From an uncultured Verrucomicrobiae bacterium (lineage in GTDB: Bacteria > Verrucomicrobiota > Verrucomicrobiia > Chthoniobacterales > Chthoniobacteraceae), in NCBI GenBank assembly GCA_963769025.1, contig CAVYKI010000012.1, forward strand, positions 160,001-224,000: DNA of 64,000 nt. Reading direction: 5' to 3'. The stretch's first letter is position 1, and every line of letters begins with the position of its first letter. Both the position numbers and the translations under genes were made by a program. Below are positions 14,026-23,398 of the stretch, piece after piece. The notes below the pieces were generated by a model. That model was not told the DNA's origin. It did no database searches and worked only from the letters and a program-made list of their open reading frames with translations.

Positions 14026-16755
14026 ATGATTTCCGCCGATCATGGGCCTGATGTTCACTCGACACTGACGCCGGAGCACCGGCGCATGAGCGAGGAGGCG
14101 CACCGCGAGGAAAACTGGAAGCGGTGGGGGCCTTACCTGAGCGAACGGCAGTGGGGCACGGTGCGCGAGGACTACTCGGCGGATGGCGATGCGTGGCGCT
14201 ACTTCCCTTTCGACCAGGCGCGCTCGCGCGCCTACCGCTGGGGCGAGGACGGACTCATGGGCATCTGCGATCGGCAGGCGCGGCTGTGCTTCGCGCTCGC
14301 GCTGTGGAACGGACGCGATCCGATCCTGAAGGAACGACTCTTCGGCCTCACGAACGGCGAAGGCGCGCACGGCGAGGACGTGAAGGAATGCTACTGGTAT
14401 CTCGACGCGACGCCGACCTCGTCCTACTTGCGCGCGCTCTACAAGTATCCGCAGGCGGAGTTCCCGTACGCGCGTCTGCGCCAGGAAAATGCCGGGCGCG
14501 CGGCGACGCTGCCGGAGTTCGAGCTGGCGGACACGGGCATTTTCGACGGCGACCGCTACTTCGACGTCGCCGCGGAATATGCGAAGGGCGGGCCGGAGGA
14601 CATTTTGATCCGCATCACGCTCGAAAACCGCGGCCCGGACGCCGCGAAGCTGCATGTGCTGCCGACGCTGTGGTTCCGCAACACGTGGAGCTGGTGCCCG
14701 GATGTCGAGCGTCCCCTGCTCCGCCAGATCGGCGTGCATTGCATCGAGGCCGCGCACACGACGCTCGGCGATTACCGCTGGGTGCTCGAAGAGGAGGCGC
14801 CGGTGCTTTTCACGGAGAACGACACGAACACCGCGCGCGTTTTCGGCGCGCCGAATGTGCAGCCGTTCGTGAAGGACTCGATCCACGACCACGTCATCCA
14901 CGGCACGTCCGGCGCCGTGAACCCCGCGCAGACCGGCACGAAATGCGCCGCGCATTACATCCTCGATGTGCCGCCCGGCGGGCGGAAGGTGCTGCGCTTC
15001 CGGCTCGGCGACACGTTCGATCTGCCGCCGGGCGCGTTTGCGGATTTCGACACCGTCTTCGCCGCACGCCGCGACGAAGCGCACCGCTTCTACGCCACGA
15101 AATGCGCACCGGCGCTCGGCGACGAGGAGCGCAACGTGATGCACCAGGCCTACGCGGGCCTGCTGTGGTCGAAGCAATTCTACTACTACGATGTCCGCCG
15201 CTGGCTCGCCGGAGATCCGACCCAGCCGCGCCCGCCCGCCCACCACGCGCAGACGCGCAACGCCGACTGGCCGCACCTTTACAACGCCGACATCCTCAGC
15301 ATGCCGGACAAGTGGGAATACCCGTGGTACGCCGCGTGGGATCTCGCCTTCCACATGATCCCCATGTGCCGGATCGATCCGTATTTTGCAAAGGGCCAGC
15401 TCCTGCTGCTGCTGCGCGAGTGGTATCTGCGGCCCGACGGCGCGCTGCCGGCGTACGAGTGGAACTTCTCCGACGTGAACCCGCCCGTGCATGCGTGGGC
15501 CTGCTGGCGCGTGTACAAAATCACGGGCGAGCGCGGGCAGCGCGACACCTTCTTCCTCGAACGCTGCTTCCAGAAGCTGCTGCTGAACTTCACGTGGTGG
15601 GTGAACCGCAAGGACGCGCGCGGGAAGCATCTCTTCGGCGGCGGCTTCCTCGGCATGGATAACATCGGCCTCTTCGACCGCTCGCGGCCGCTCCCGAATG
15701 GCAGCACGCTCGAGCAGGCCGACGGCACGGCCTGGATGGCATTTTACTGCCTCACGATGCTCTCGATGGCGCTCGAACTCGCCAAGACGCGCCCCGCGTA
15801 CGAGGACATCGCGAGCAAGTTCTTCGAGCACTTCGTGGACATCGCGGAGGCCATCAACACGCTCGACGGCACCGGCCTTTGGGACGAGGAGGACGGCTTT
15901 TACTACGACCACATCCGGCAGAGCGGCGGCGCATCGTCGCCGTTGAAAGTGCGCTCGCTTGTCGGCCTCGTGCCGCTGCTCGCCGTCGAGGTGCTCGACC
16001 AGAATGTCATCCGCTCGCTGCCGGGCTTCCGGAAACGGATGCACTGGTTCCTCGAGAACCGCCCGGAGATCGCGAAGCACGCGAGCTACATGGAGCGCGA
16101 CGGCGCGGATGGCGGCGAGATGCGCCTGCTCGCCATCCCGAGCAAGCAACGCCTGCTGCGCGTGCTCCGCCGGCTGCTCGATGACGCGGAATTCCTGTCG
16201 CCGCACGGCATCCGCTCGCTCTCCCGCGCGCACCGCGACGCCGCATTTTGCTTTTTCGCGGAAGGTGGCCACGTATGCATCCAGTACGAGCCCGGCGAGA
16301 GCACCGACGGCATGTGGGGCGGCAACTCGAACTGGCGCGGCCCGATCTGGTTTCCGCTCAATTACCTGCTGCTCGAGGCGCTCGAGCGCTACGACCACTT
16401 CTACGGCGACACCGTGCAGCTCGAGTTCCCGCTCGGCTCCGGAAAAATGCTGAACCTCACGCAAATCTCCGCCGAACTCGCGGGCCGGCTCACGCATCTT
16501 TTCCTGCCGGACAAAAACGGACGCCGCCCCTGCCACGGCGACGACGCACTTTCCGAGCGCCTCGCCACCGACCCGCACTGGCGCGACCTCGTGTGGTTCC
16601 ACGAATACTTCGACGGCGACACCGGCCGCGGCCTCGGTGCCAGCCACCAGACCGGCTGGACTGCCCTCGTCACCCGCTGCCTGAACACGGTGGGACGGCT
16701 GGCCAGCTTTGATTCGCACGGCGAGGCATCCGGCTCCCGCCGTGGCCGCGATTAG
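14026..16755 (+). CDS. MGH1-like glycoside hydrolase (GH63-like glucosidase)
   Basis: WGPYLSERQWGTVREDYS, SMPDKWEYPWYAAWDLAFH, GGFLGMDNIG, GGNSNWRGP, GLGASHQTGWT; start codon uncertain (14026 or 14086). Confidence 0.92.
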   Translation: MISADHGPDVHSTLTPEHRRMSEEAHREENWKRWGPYLSERQWGTVREDYSADGDAWRYFPFDQARSRAYRWGEDGLMGICDRQARLCFALALWNGRDPILKERLFGLTNGEGAHGEDVKECYWYLDATPTSSYLRALYKYPQAEFPYARLRQENAGRAATLPEFELADTGIFDGDRYFDVAAEYAKGGPEDILIRITLENRGPDAAKLHVLPTLWFRNTWSWCPDVERPLLRQIGVHCIEAAHTTLGDYRWVLEEEAPVLFTENDTNTARVFGAPNVQPFVKDSIHDHVIHGTSGAVNPAQTGTKCAAHYILDVPPGGRKVLRFRLGDTFDLPPGAFADFDTVFAARRDEAHRFYATKCAPALGDEERNVMHQAYAGLLWSKQFYYYDVRRWLAGDPTQPRPPAHHAQTRNADWPHLYNADILSMPDKWEYPWYAAWDLAFHMIPMCRIDPYFAKGQLLLLLREWYLRPDGALPAYEWNFSDVNPPVHAWACWRVYKITGERGQRDTFFLERCFQKLLLNFTWWVNRKDARGKHLFGGGFLGMDNIGLFDRSRPLPNGSTLEQADGTAWMAFYCLTMLSMALELAKTRPAYEDIASKFFEHFVDIAEAINTLDGTGLWDEEDGFYYDHIRQSGGASSPLKVRSLVGLVPLLAVEVLDQNVIRSLPGFRKRMHWFLENRPEIAKHASYMERDGADGGEMRLLAIPSKQRLLRVLRRLLDDAEFLSPHGIRSLSRAHRDAAFCFFAEGGHVCIQYEPGESTDGMWGGNSNWRGPIWFPLNYLLLEALERYDHFYGDTVQLEFPLGSGKMLNLTQISAELAGRLTHLFLPDKNGRRPCHGDDALSERLATDPHWRDLVWFHEYFDGDTGRGLGASHQTGWTALVTRCLNTVGRLASFDSHGEASGSRRGRD

Positions 16756-16913
16756 CAAAGAGTCCTACCCGAAGTCCGTCTGGAATTCGTTGTTGGCAGC
16801 CTTTGCAAAAGCGGGCCTCATGCCGGGCATAGAAACCGCCCGCCAGCGCGAGAAAAACCGCGTGGCCGGAGCCATCGCACGACCCGAACCGACACGAAGA
16901 GCACGACCGAACA

Positions 16914-19900
16914 GTGAAATTACCTCAAGAGATCATCGTCGTGCTGGGGATGCACCGGAGCGGCACATCCCTCATCGGACAGATGCTGAACAACCTGGGA
17001 TTTGCGCTCGGCAAACACCCGATGCCGGCGGGGACGGAGAACGAGAAGGGGTACTTCGAGAACACGAAGCTGATGGAGTTTCACGACTTCGTGCTGGAGG
17101 AGGCTGGCTCCAATTGGAACGACCCGCATCCCATCCCGGAGGAATGGTGGACGGATGCGCGCCTGCGGCATTTTTCCGCGAAGCTCGCGACGCTGATCGC
17201 GGATGAGTTCGAGGGCTGCGAAAAAGTGCTCATCAAGGACCCCCGCATGTGCCGGCTGCTGCCCTTGTGGCGCGCGTACTTTGCGACCGCGGGCATCCGG
17301 CATCGCTGGTTGCTGCTGCTGAGGCATCCTGTTTCCGTCGCGAAATCGCTCGAGCGCAGGGACGGCTTCAGCAGGGGCTACGGATTTCTCCTCTGGGTGC
17401 AGCATGTCCTCGACGCCGAGCGGCAGACGCGCGCCACAGACCGGCTGCTGCTCACCCACGAGGAGGTGATCGACGGGACTTACGCGGCGCCGCTCGCCCG
17501 GCTTCTGGAGATGGCTCCCGATGCCGTGCGCGAATCCGGCAGGAAAGCCGTGGAGCCAAGCCTCGTGCATCACCACGGCACCGAGCAGGAATTTGGCAAG
17601 GATCGCGTCGCCGAACTGGCCAGGCGTTCGTGGGACGAGCTCACGCGCCCGGATGAGAATGGCGGTCCGCGGCGGGATGCGCTGGACGCGCTCTGGAACG
17701 AGTTCGCGTCGCTGCAGGCGGTGATTCCCAGCGAGTTTGCAGGGATCTCGACGGCGGGAACCGATCGGCTCGGCAAACGGACATCGCTGTATTGCGACAT
17801 CGGCGGCGGATTTTCGGAATCGGCGAAATGCGAGGCCGATTATGTATTGAGAGCGGGCGTCCTGATCGCGCAGTTCAAGATTCCTCCCGCGTGGAACGGG
17901 CGGATCAAGGCGTGGCGGTGGGATCCCGTCGAGGGGAGTTTTCTCGCGTGCCGCGACCTGGAGGCCACGGACAACCAGGGCCGCGCGTATCAGCTCGAAC
18001 CGCAGGGCACGATGGGAACGTCCGACGGTTGGGTGATGTTCGCGACGCGGGATCCCATGGTGAAAATAACGCCGGCCCCGCTGGGGAGCGTTTCGTCGCT
18101 CACGGTGAGCGCGCGCCTGCGGCCGATTCTGCTGTCGGAAACCACCGATGCCCAGCGTGGCGACGCAGAAAATGTGCGGGAGGCGCGTCAACTTCCGCCA
18201 GGCCACGATTCGGCGCGCATCGCGGTGGACGTCGCGACAAGGGCCCGGACGCGAGCGGTGCACCGCGCCATCAAGTATTCCCTCATGTCGCGGCTTTCCG
18301 CGCTGCTGCCGTTTCTCTTCACGCTGCGTGCGAAGACGCGGCGCGCCGTCCGGAACCTCCGGCAGTTGGGCGCCTTTGACGCGAAATTCTACGAAGCCCA
18401 GTTGCCGTCCGGTTTCTGGATTTACCGGCCAATCGTCCACTACTGGGTCTTCGGGCGGACGCTCGGCCTGAAGCCGTATCCATACACCGGCGGCGGCGAC
18501 GGAATCACGGCCAGGAAACGGGTCGTCTTCTATTCCGCCGAACCGCTCACGCCGGGACATGCCTACCGCGTGCGGATGTATTCCGAGGCGCTCGCCTCGA
18601 GGGGATACGATGTCCACATCTGCGTCCCCGGCAAACTCGGTGCCGGGGTTTCCATGCTCGAACGCAACGGTGCGCTGGTGATCTGGCGGGCCGCGTGGGA
18701 CAAAAACATCGCGGCGCTCATGGATGCCGCGCGTTCCGCGGGCACCCGGATTATTTTCGATGTCGATGACCTGATGTTCGAGCCGAGCCTCGCGAAGGTC
18801 GAAGTGATCGACGGCATCCGCACCGAGGGCTTTCAGGAGGATAGCATCGCGGAGTACTACCGGCGCGTGCGGCGCACGTTGCTCGCCGCAGATTTCTGCA
18901 CGTGCCCGACCCAGTCGCTCTCCACGGCGATGCGGCGCTTCAGCAAGCCGACAATGGTTCTGCCCAACGGCTTCGACGAACCGACGCTTCTCCGAAGCCG
19001 CAAGGTTGCGGCAAGCCGCCGGACGCAGCCCGGAGACGGCCGCATCCGGCTCGGCTATGCCGGCGGTTCGCGGACGCACCAGCGCGATTTCGCCCGCGCC
19101 GCGGGCGCCGTCGCACGCGTGCTGCGCGAGCATCCCGAGTGCCTGCTCGTCGCCTTCCGCCTCCGCAAGCCGGAGGGCGACATCCCGTACCTGAACATCG
19201 CGGAATTTCCCGAACTCCTCGGGCTCGAATCCCAGATCGAATGGCGGAACTTCGTCCCGCTCGAGGAAGTGCCGGATGAACTCGCGCGCTTCGACATCAA
19301 CCTCGCGCCGCTGGAAACGGGCAACCCTTTCTGCGAGGCGAAAAGCGAGCTGAAGTATTTCGAAGCCGCGCTGGTGGACGTTCCCACGGTGGCATCGCCC
19401 ACCGCCCCTTTTGCCGCCACGATCCGGCACGGCGAAACCGGCTTCCTCGCCGCGGACGAGGCGGAGTGGCACGCGTCGCTCAAGCGCCTCGTGACGGAGC
19501 CGGAACTCCGCGCCTTGATCGCGCGAAACGCGTTTTTCGACGTGCTGTGGCGTTACGGTCCGGAACGCAGGGCGGAGATGGCCGAGGCGTGCATCGAGCA
19601 GGTGCTGGGTGATGCGCGGACGGCGGCCCGCTTCTACGAGCTCGAAGTGCGGCGCAAGGTCGCGCCGCGCCGGCCGCTGCCCGAGATTCCGGAGTTTGAA
19701 ATCGTCGCCGAGTACGGGATCCGAGCGCAGAGCGACGTGGCGGTCGTCATCCCGCTCTACAACTACGCGCAGTTTCTGGAGGAGGCGCTCGAATCCGTGC
19801 GCCTCCAGACGCTCCGCTCGAAGGAACTGATCGTGATCGACGATTGCTCGACGGACGATTCGCTCGCCGTCGCGAAGCGGTGGATGGAGCAGCACGGCCA

Positions 19901-22289
19901 TGAATTTACCCACGCCGCCCTGCTGCGGAACCGCCGGAACTCCGGGCTCGCCCTCACGCGCAACGCCGGGTTCTCGTTTTCCGAGGCGCGCTACATCATG
20001 CCGCTCGATGCGGATAACATGATCGAACCCGAGTGCCTCGAACGCTGCCTGTCGGCCATCGTCGAGACCGGCGCCGCCGTGGCGTTCCCCGCCATCCAGC
20101 AATTTGGCGACGCAACGGGGATCCTGAGCGCGAGCCTCTGGCGCCCGGCGCGGCTCGCCGGCGGCAATTACATCGACGCGATGGCGCTCGTGCGACGGAG
20201 CGCGTGGAGCGCCGTCGGCGGATACCGCCGCATGAAGACGATGGGCTGGGAGGACTTCGAGATGTGGTGCCGTTTCGTCGAGGAGGGCTTCTGGGGCGCA
20301 TGGGTGCCCGACCGTCTCGCGCTCTATCGCGTCCATGGTGTCTCGATGATCCAGGTCGCCCGCAACGCGGACGAAAAGCGCACAAATCTCATCGCCGAAA
20401 TGCGCGAGATCCATCCTTGGGTGGATGACGCCGCGCTGGCGATGACCTGGCTGGATCGCTCCGCGCTCGACGACCCGGCCGCGAAGAATCCCGCGACGGA
20501 TCGCAGCGGTCCCGCATCGCCATCCGCGGCGCGTCCGCGAACCCGCGAGCGGCTGTTGGAGTTGCTGCCGCTGCTGCGCTGCCCAGAAACGGGGAAGCCG
20601 CTGCGGATCGTGTCGGACGAATGGATCGAAACGGAGGACGGATCCAAGCGCTGGCCGGTGAAGGACTGGCACCCGGTTTTCGTCGGCGATGCGGCGCAGA
20701 CTCGCGTCTTCCCGGACACGCACCTGAGCAATCCCGTGCCTGCAAAGGCGCTCGAACTGGCGGAGGATGCGACCGGCCCGGTGCTGAACATCAGCGCGGG
20801 CGGCTCGCAGACGTGGCTGCCGAATTTGATCGAGGTCGAGATGGCGATCTTCCGCAACACCGACGTGGTCGGCGACGGCCACGCGCTTCCTTTCGCCGAC
20901 GGTGTCTTCGACGCCGTGCTCGCGATCAATGCCTTCGAGCATTACCGCGATCCGCACAAGGCCGTGGCGGAGATCCTGCGCGTGCTGAAGCCCGGTGGAA
21001 AGGTGTTCATCCACTCCGCATTCACGCAGCCGCTGCACGAGCCGCCGTGGCATTTTTTCAACTGCACCAAGTTCGGCCTGCTGCGCTGGTTCGAGCCGTT
21101 CGAGGTCGTGGAGATCGGTGTGTCGGAAAACTTCAACCCGATCTACGCGCTCTCGTGGCAGGCGTCCGAACTGCTGGCGCTCGTGAAGGCCGAGTGCGGG
21201 GAGCGTTCGGCGAAGCGCGTGGGATCGATGACGCTCGCGAAGGTCGCGGAATTTTGGCGCGAGCCAAAGGCGCGGGAGGATCGCTGCTGGGAGGATTTCC
21301 GCATGCTCTCGCAGGAGGCCCAGGAACGGCTCGCCGCGGGCTTCGAGTTTGTCGGCAAAAAGCCGGGCGCGCTGCAGGCCGGGCCCGCGCCGGCCGGGAA
21401 CGTTCGCGCGAACGCCCCGTCCGCGCGCAACAGTTCGGATTCCCCGCGGCCTCGCAGCCGCGAGCGGCTCATGGAATTGGTGCCGCTGCTGCGCTGCCCC
21501 GAGACAGGGCAGAAGCTGCGTCTGGTGTCCGCCGAACGTCTGGAAACGGAAGATGGATCCAAGCGCTGGCCGGTGCAGGACTGGCATCCGGTGTTCTTCG
21601 GCGCGGAAGGCCAGACACGCGTCTTCCCCGACACGCACCTGAGCAATGCCGTGCCCCCGAAGGCACTCGATCTCGTGAGGAATGCCGCCGGCCCGGTGCT
21701 CAACATCAGCGCGGGTGGCTCGCACACGTGGCTGCCGAATTTGATCGAGCTGGAGACGGCGATTTTCCGGAACACCGACGTGGTCGGTGACGGCCATGCG
21801 CTGCCATTCGCCGACGGCGTTTTCGATGCCGTGCTCGCGATCAATGCATTCGAGCACTACCACGATCCGGACAAGGCGGTCGCCGAGATCCTTCGCGTGC
21901 TGAAGCCGGGCGGAAAGGTGTTCATCCACACCGCATTCCTCCAGCCGTTGCACGAACCGCCGTGGCATTTTTTCAACTGCACCAAATTTGGCCTGCTGCG
22001 CTGGTTCGAGCCGTTCGAGGTCGTGGAGGCGGGCGTGTCGGACAACTTCAACCCCATCTACTCCCTTGCCTGGCAGGCCTCGGAGATTCTCACGGTGATG
22101 CAGGACGAACGCGGGTCCGGCACGGCGAAGAAGACGGGCGCGCTCACGCTGGAGAGGCTGGCGGGATTTTGGCGCGAGCCGAAGGTACGCGAGGAGCGGA
22201 CCTGGGAGGACTTCCGCCTGCTCTCGCAACCGGCGCAGGAGCGCTTCGCCGCCGGGTTTGAGCTGATCGGAAAAAAGCGCCGGGAATGA
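16914..22289 (+). CDS. Multidomain glycan-modifying protein: sulfotransferase-like + GT-B (GT4-like) + GT2 + two (Trm112-like + class I methyltransferase) modules
   Basis: VLGMHRSGTS and KDPR; FDVDD and KSELKYFEA; VVIPLYNY, IDDCSTD, PLDAD; twice LLRCPETG...LNISAGG...DGHALPFADGVFDAV...LRVLKPGG. Confidence 0.9.
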   Translation: MKLPQEIIVVLGMHRSGTSLIGQMLNNLGFALGKHPMPAGTENEKGYFENTKLMEFHDFVLEEAGSNWNDPHPIPEEWWTDARLRHFSAKLATLIADEFEGCEKVLIKDPRMCRLLPLWRAYFATAGIRHRWLLLLRHPVSVAKSLERRDGFSRGYGFLLWVQHVLDAERQTRATDRLLLTHEEVIDGTYAAPLARLLEMAPDAVRESGRKAVEPSLVHHHGTEQEFGKDRVAELARRSWDELTRPDENGGPRRDALDALWNEFASLQAVIPSEFAGISTAGTDRLGKRTSLYCDIGGGFSESAKCEADYVLRAGVLIAQFKIPPAWNGRIKAWRWDPVEGSFLACRDLEATDNQGRAYQLEPQGTMGTSDGWVMFATRDPMVKITPAPLGSVSSLTVSARLRPILLSETTDAQRGDAENVREARQLPPGHDSARIAVDVATRARTRAVHRAIKYSLMSRLSALLPFLFTLRAKTRRAVRNLRQLGAFDAKFYEAQLPSGFWIYRPIVHYWVFGRTLGLKPYPYTGGGDGITARKRVVFYSAEPLTPGHAYRVRMYSEALASRGYDVHICVPGKLGAGVSMLERNGALVIWRAAWDKNIAALMDAARSAGTRIIFDVDDLMFEPSLAKVEVIDGIRTEGFQEDSIAEYYRRVRRTLLAADFCTCPTQSLSTAMRRFSKPTMVLPNGFDEPTLLRSRKVAASRRTQPGDGRIRLGYAGGSRTHQRDFARAAGAVARVLREHPECLLVAFRLRKPEGDIPYLNIAEFPELLGLESQIEWRNFVPLEEVPDELARFDINLAPLETGNPFCEAKSELKYFEAALVDVPTVASPTAPFAATIRHGETGFLAADEAEWHASLKRLVTEPELRALIARNAFFDVLWRYGPERRAEMAEACIEQVLGDARTAARFYELEVRRKVAPRRPLPEIPEFEIVAEYGIRAQSDVAVVIPLYNYAQFLEEALESVRLQTLRSKELIVIDDCSTDDSLAVAKRWMEQHGHEFTHAALLRNRRNSGLALTRNAGFSFSEARYIMPLDADNMIEPECLERCLSAIVETGAAVAFPAIQQFGDATGILSASLWRPARLAGGNYIDAMALVRRSAWSAVGGYRRMKTMGWEDFEMWCRFVEEGFWGAWVPDRLALYRVHGVSMIQVARNADEKRTNLIAEMREIHPWVDDAALAMTWLDRSALDDPAAKNPATDRSGPASPSAARPRTRERLLELLPLLRCPETGKPLRIVSDEWIETEDGSKRWPVKDWHPVFVGDAAQTRVFPDTHLSNPVPAKALELAEDATGPVLNISAGGSQTWLPNLIEVEMAIFRNTDVVGDGHALPFADGVFDAVLAINAFEHYRDPHKAVAEILRVLKPGGKVFIHSAFTQPLHEPPWHFFNCTKFGLLRWFEPFEVVEIGVSENFNPIYALSWQASELLALVKAECGERSAKRVGSMTLAKVAEFWREPKAREDRCWEDFRMLSQEAQERLAAGFEFVGKKPGALQAGPAPAGNVRANAPSARNSSDSPRPRSRERLMELVPLLRCPETGQKLRLVSAERLETEDGSKRWPVQDWHPVFFGAEGQTRVFPDTHLSNAVPPKALDLVRNAAGPVLNISAGGSHTWLPNLIELETAIFRNTDVVGDGHALPFADGVFDAVLAINAFEHYHDPDKAVAEILRVLKPGGKVFIHTAFLQPLHEPPWHFFNCTKFGLLRWFEPFEVVEAGVSDNFNPIYSLAWQASEILTVMQDERGSGTAKKTGALTLERLAGFWREPKVREERTWEDFRLLSQPAQERFAAGFELIGKKRRE
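20532..22280 (+). repeat. Internal tandem duplication, units about 20532-21365 and 21447-22280 (915-nt period)
   Basis: Long identical peptide runs in both units, e.g. QPLHEPPWHFFNCTKFGLLRWFEPFEVVE. Confidence 0.95.
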
Positions 22290-23224
22290 TTTCCCCGCGC
22301 GTCAGCGTCCTCATCCCGACGTACCGCTACGCCGGCTACCTGCGGGAGGCGATCGACTCCGTGCTCGCTCAAGACTTCACGGATTTCGAACTGCTGGTGA
22401 GCGACGACTGTTCGGGCGATGGTTCCGCCGAGATCCTTCAGGAATACGCCGCGCGCGACCCGAGGGCCCGCGTGAACATCCACCCGGCGAATGTCGGAAT
22501 GGTGCCGAACTGGAACTGGTGCCTGCGCGGGGCGCGCGGGGAATTTGTGAAGTTCATCTTCGGCGACGACATGCTCGCGCGGCCCGACGCGCTCGGGAAA
22601 ATGGTCGCGATGCTCGACGCGCACCCGGAGGCGTCGTTCGCGGCATCTGCGCGGAACGTGATCGATGAAAAATCCCGCGTCACCGGCGTGTGGTCGCACC
22701 TCGGCGAGCCGGGAGTCCACGACAGCGGCGACACGATGTTCCGCTGCCTCGGAGAAGGAAACATGATCGGCGAGCCCACGGCGGTCATGTTCCGCCGCAG
22801 CGCTGCCGGCCGGGGGTTTTCCGAGAGTTACGGGCAGATGGTCGATCTCGAGATGTGGCTGCATCTGCTCGGCCACGGGCCGCTCGTCTATGCGTCGGAG
22901 GCGCTCTGCGCATTCCGCCGCCATCCGCTCCAGCAGACCGAGGTGAACAAGGCCACCGACGTGAACAGCAGCGAGATCCTCCGCCTCATCCTCGACTACG
23001 GCGACAGCCCGGTCCTGCAGGGACGTGATACGCGCGGCGTGGCATTTCGCCGTCTTTACAAAACCCGGAAAGCCGCCGCCGGGAACCCCGCCGTCGCTGC
23101 GGCACGGGAGCAGTTGCTCGGCCGCCTCGGCCGCCCGGCCTATTGCGCGCGCTGGCTCGGGCGAAAGCTCGCGAATCCGTTCACCGCGCTCGCAAAAGCC
23201 CTCTCAAAAACGAAACGGCCATGA
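22286..23224 (+). CDS. Glycosyltransferase family 2
   Basis: VSVLIPTY, SDDCSGD, NWNWCL, GDD, NMIGEPTAVMFR; ATGA overlap. Confidence 0.92.
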   Translation: MISPRVSVLIPTYRYAGYLREAIDSVLAQDFTDFELLVSDDCSGDGSAEILQEYAARDPRARVNIHPANVGMVPNWNWCLRGARGEFVKFIFGDDMLARPDALGKMVAMLDAHPEASFAASARNVIDEKSRVTGVWSHLGEPGVHDSGDTMFRCLGEGNMIGEPTAVMFRRSAAGRGFSESYGQMVDLEMWLHLLGHGPLVYASEALCAFRRHPLQQTEVNKATDVNSSEILRLILDYGDSPVLQGRDTRGVAFRRLYKTRKAAAGNPAVAAAREQLLGRLGRPAYCARWLGRKLANPFTALAKALSKTKRP

Positions 23225-23398
23225 GCAAGACTGCACGGGGATTTTGCCCGGAAATTTTCTTGAGTTCGAGAAACGGGTCGCGGAGCGTCGCATGAATGTC
23301 ACCACTCCACCGCCACGCGCCGAGGAAGCCGCCGGGCGTTGCGGTACGAAAATTTTCCGCGAAGCCGATTCCTCAAAGCACTGCATGAAGACCCGGGA

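Noticed and set aside
16793..16808. tggcagcctttgca as a sigma-54 promoter for the glycan cluster
   Set aside because: GG to GC spacing is 8 nt rather than the required 10.
16920..22229. 1769-aa antisense ORF (also 13762-16758, 11844-13928, 52980-55088, 60417-63008)
   Set aside because: Shadow frames opposite well-supported genes in GC-rich DNA; no recognisable motifs.
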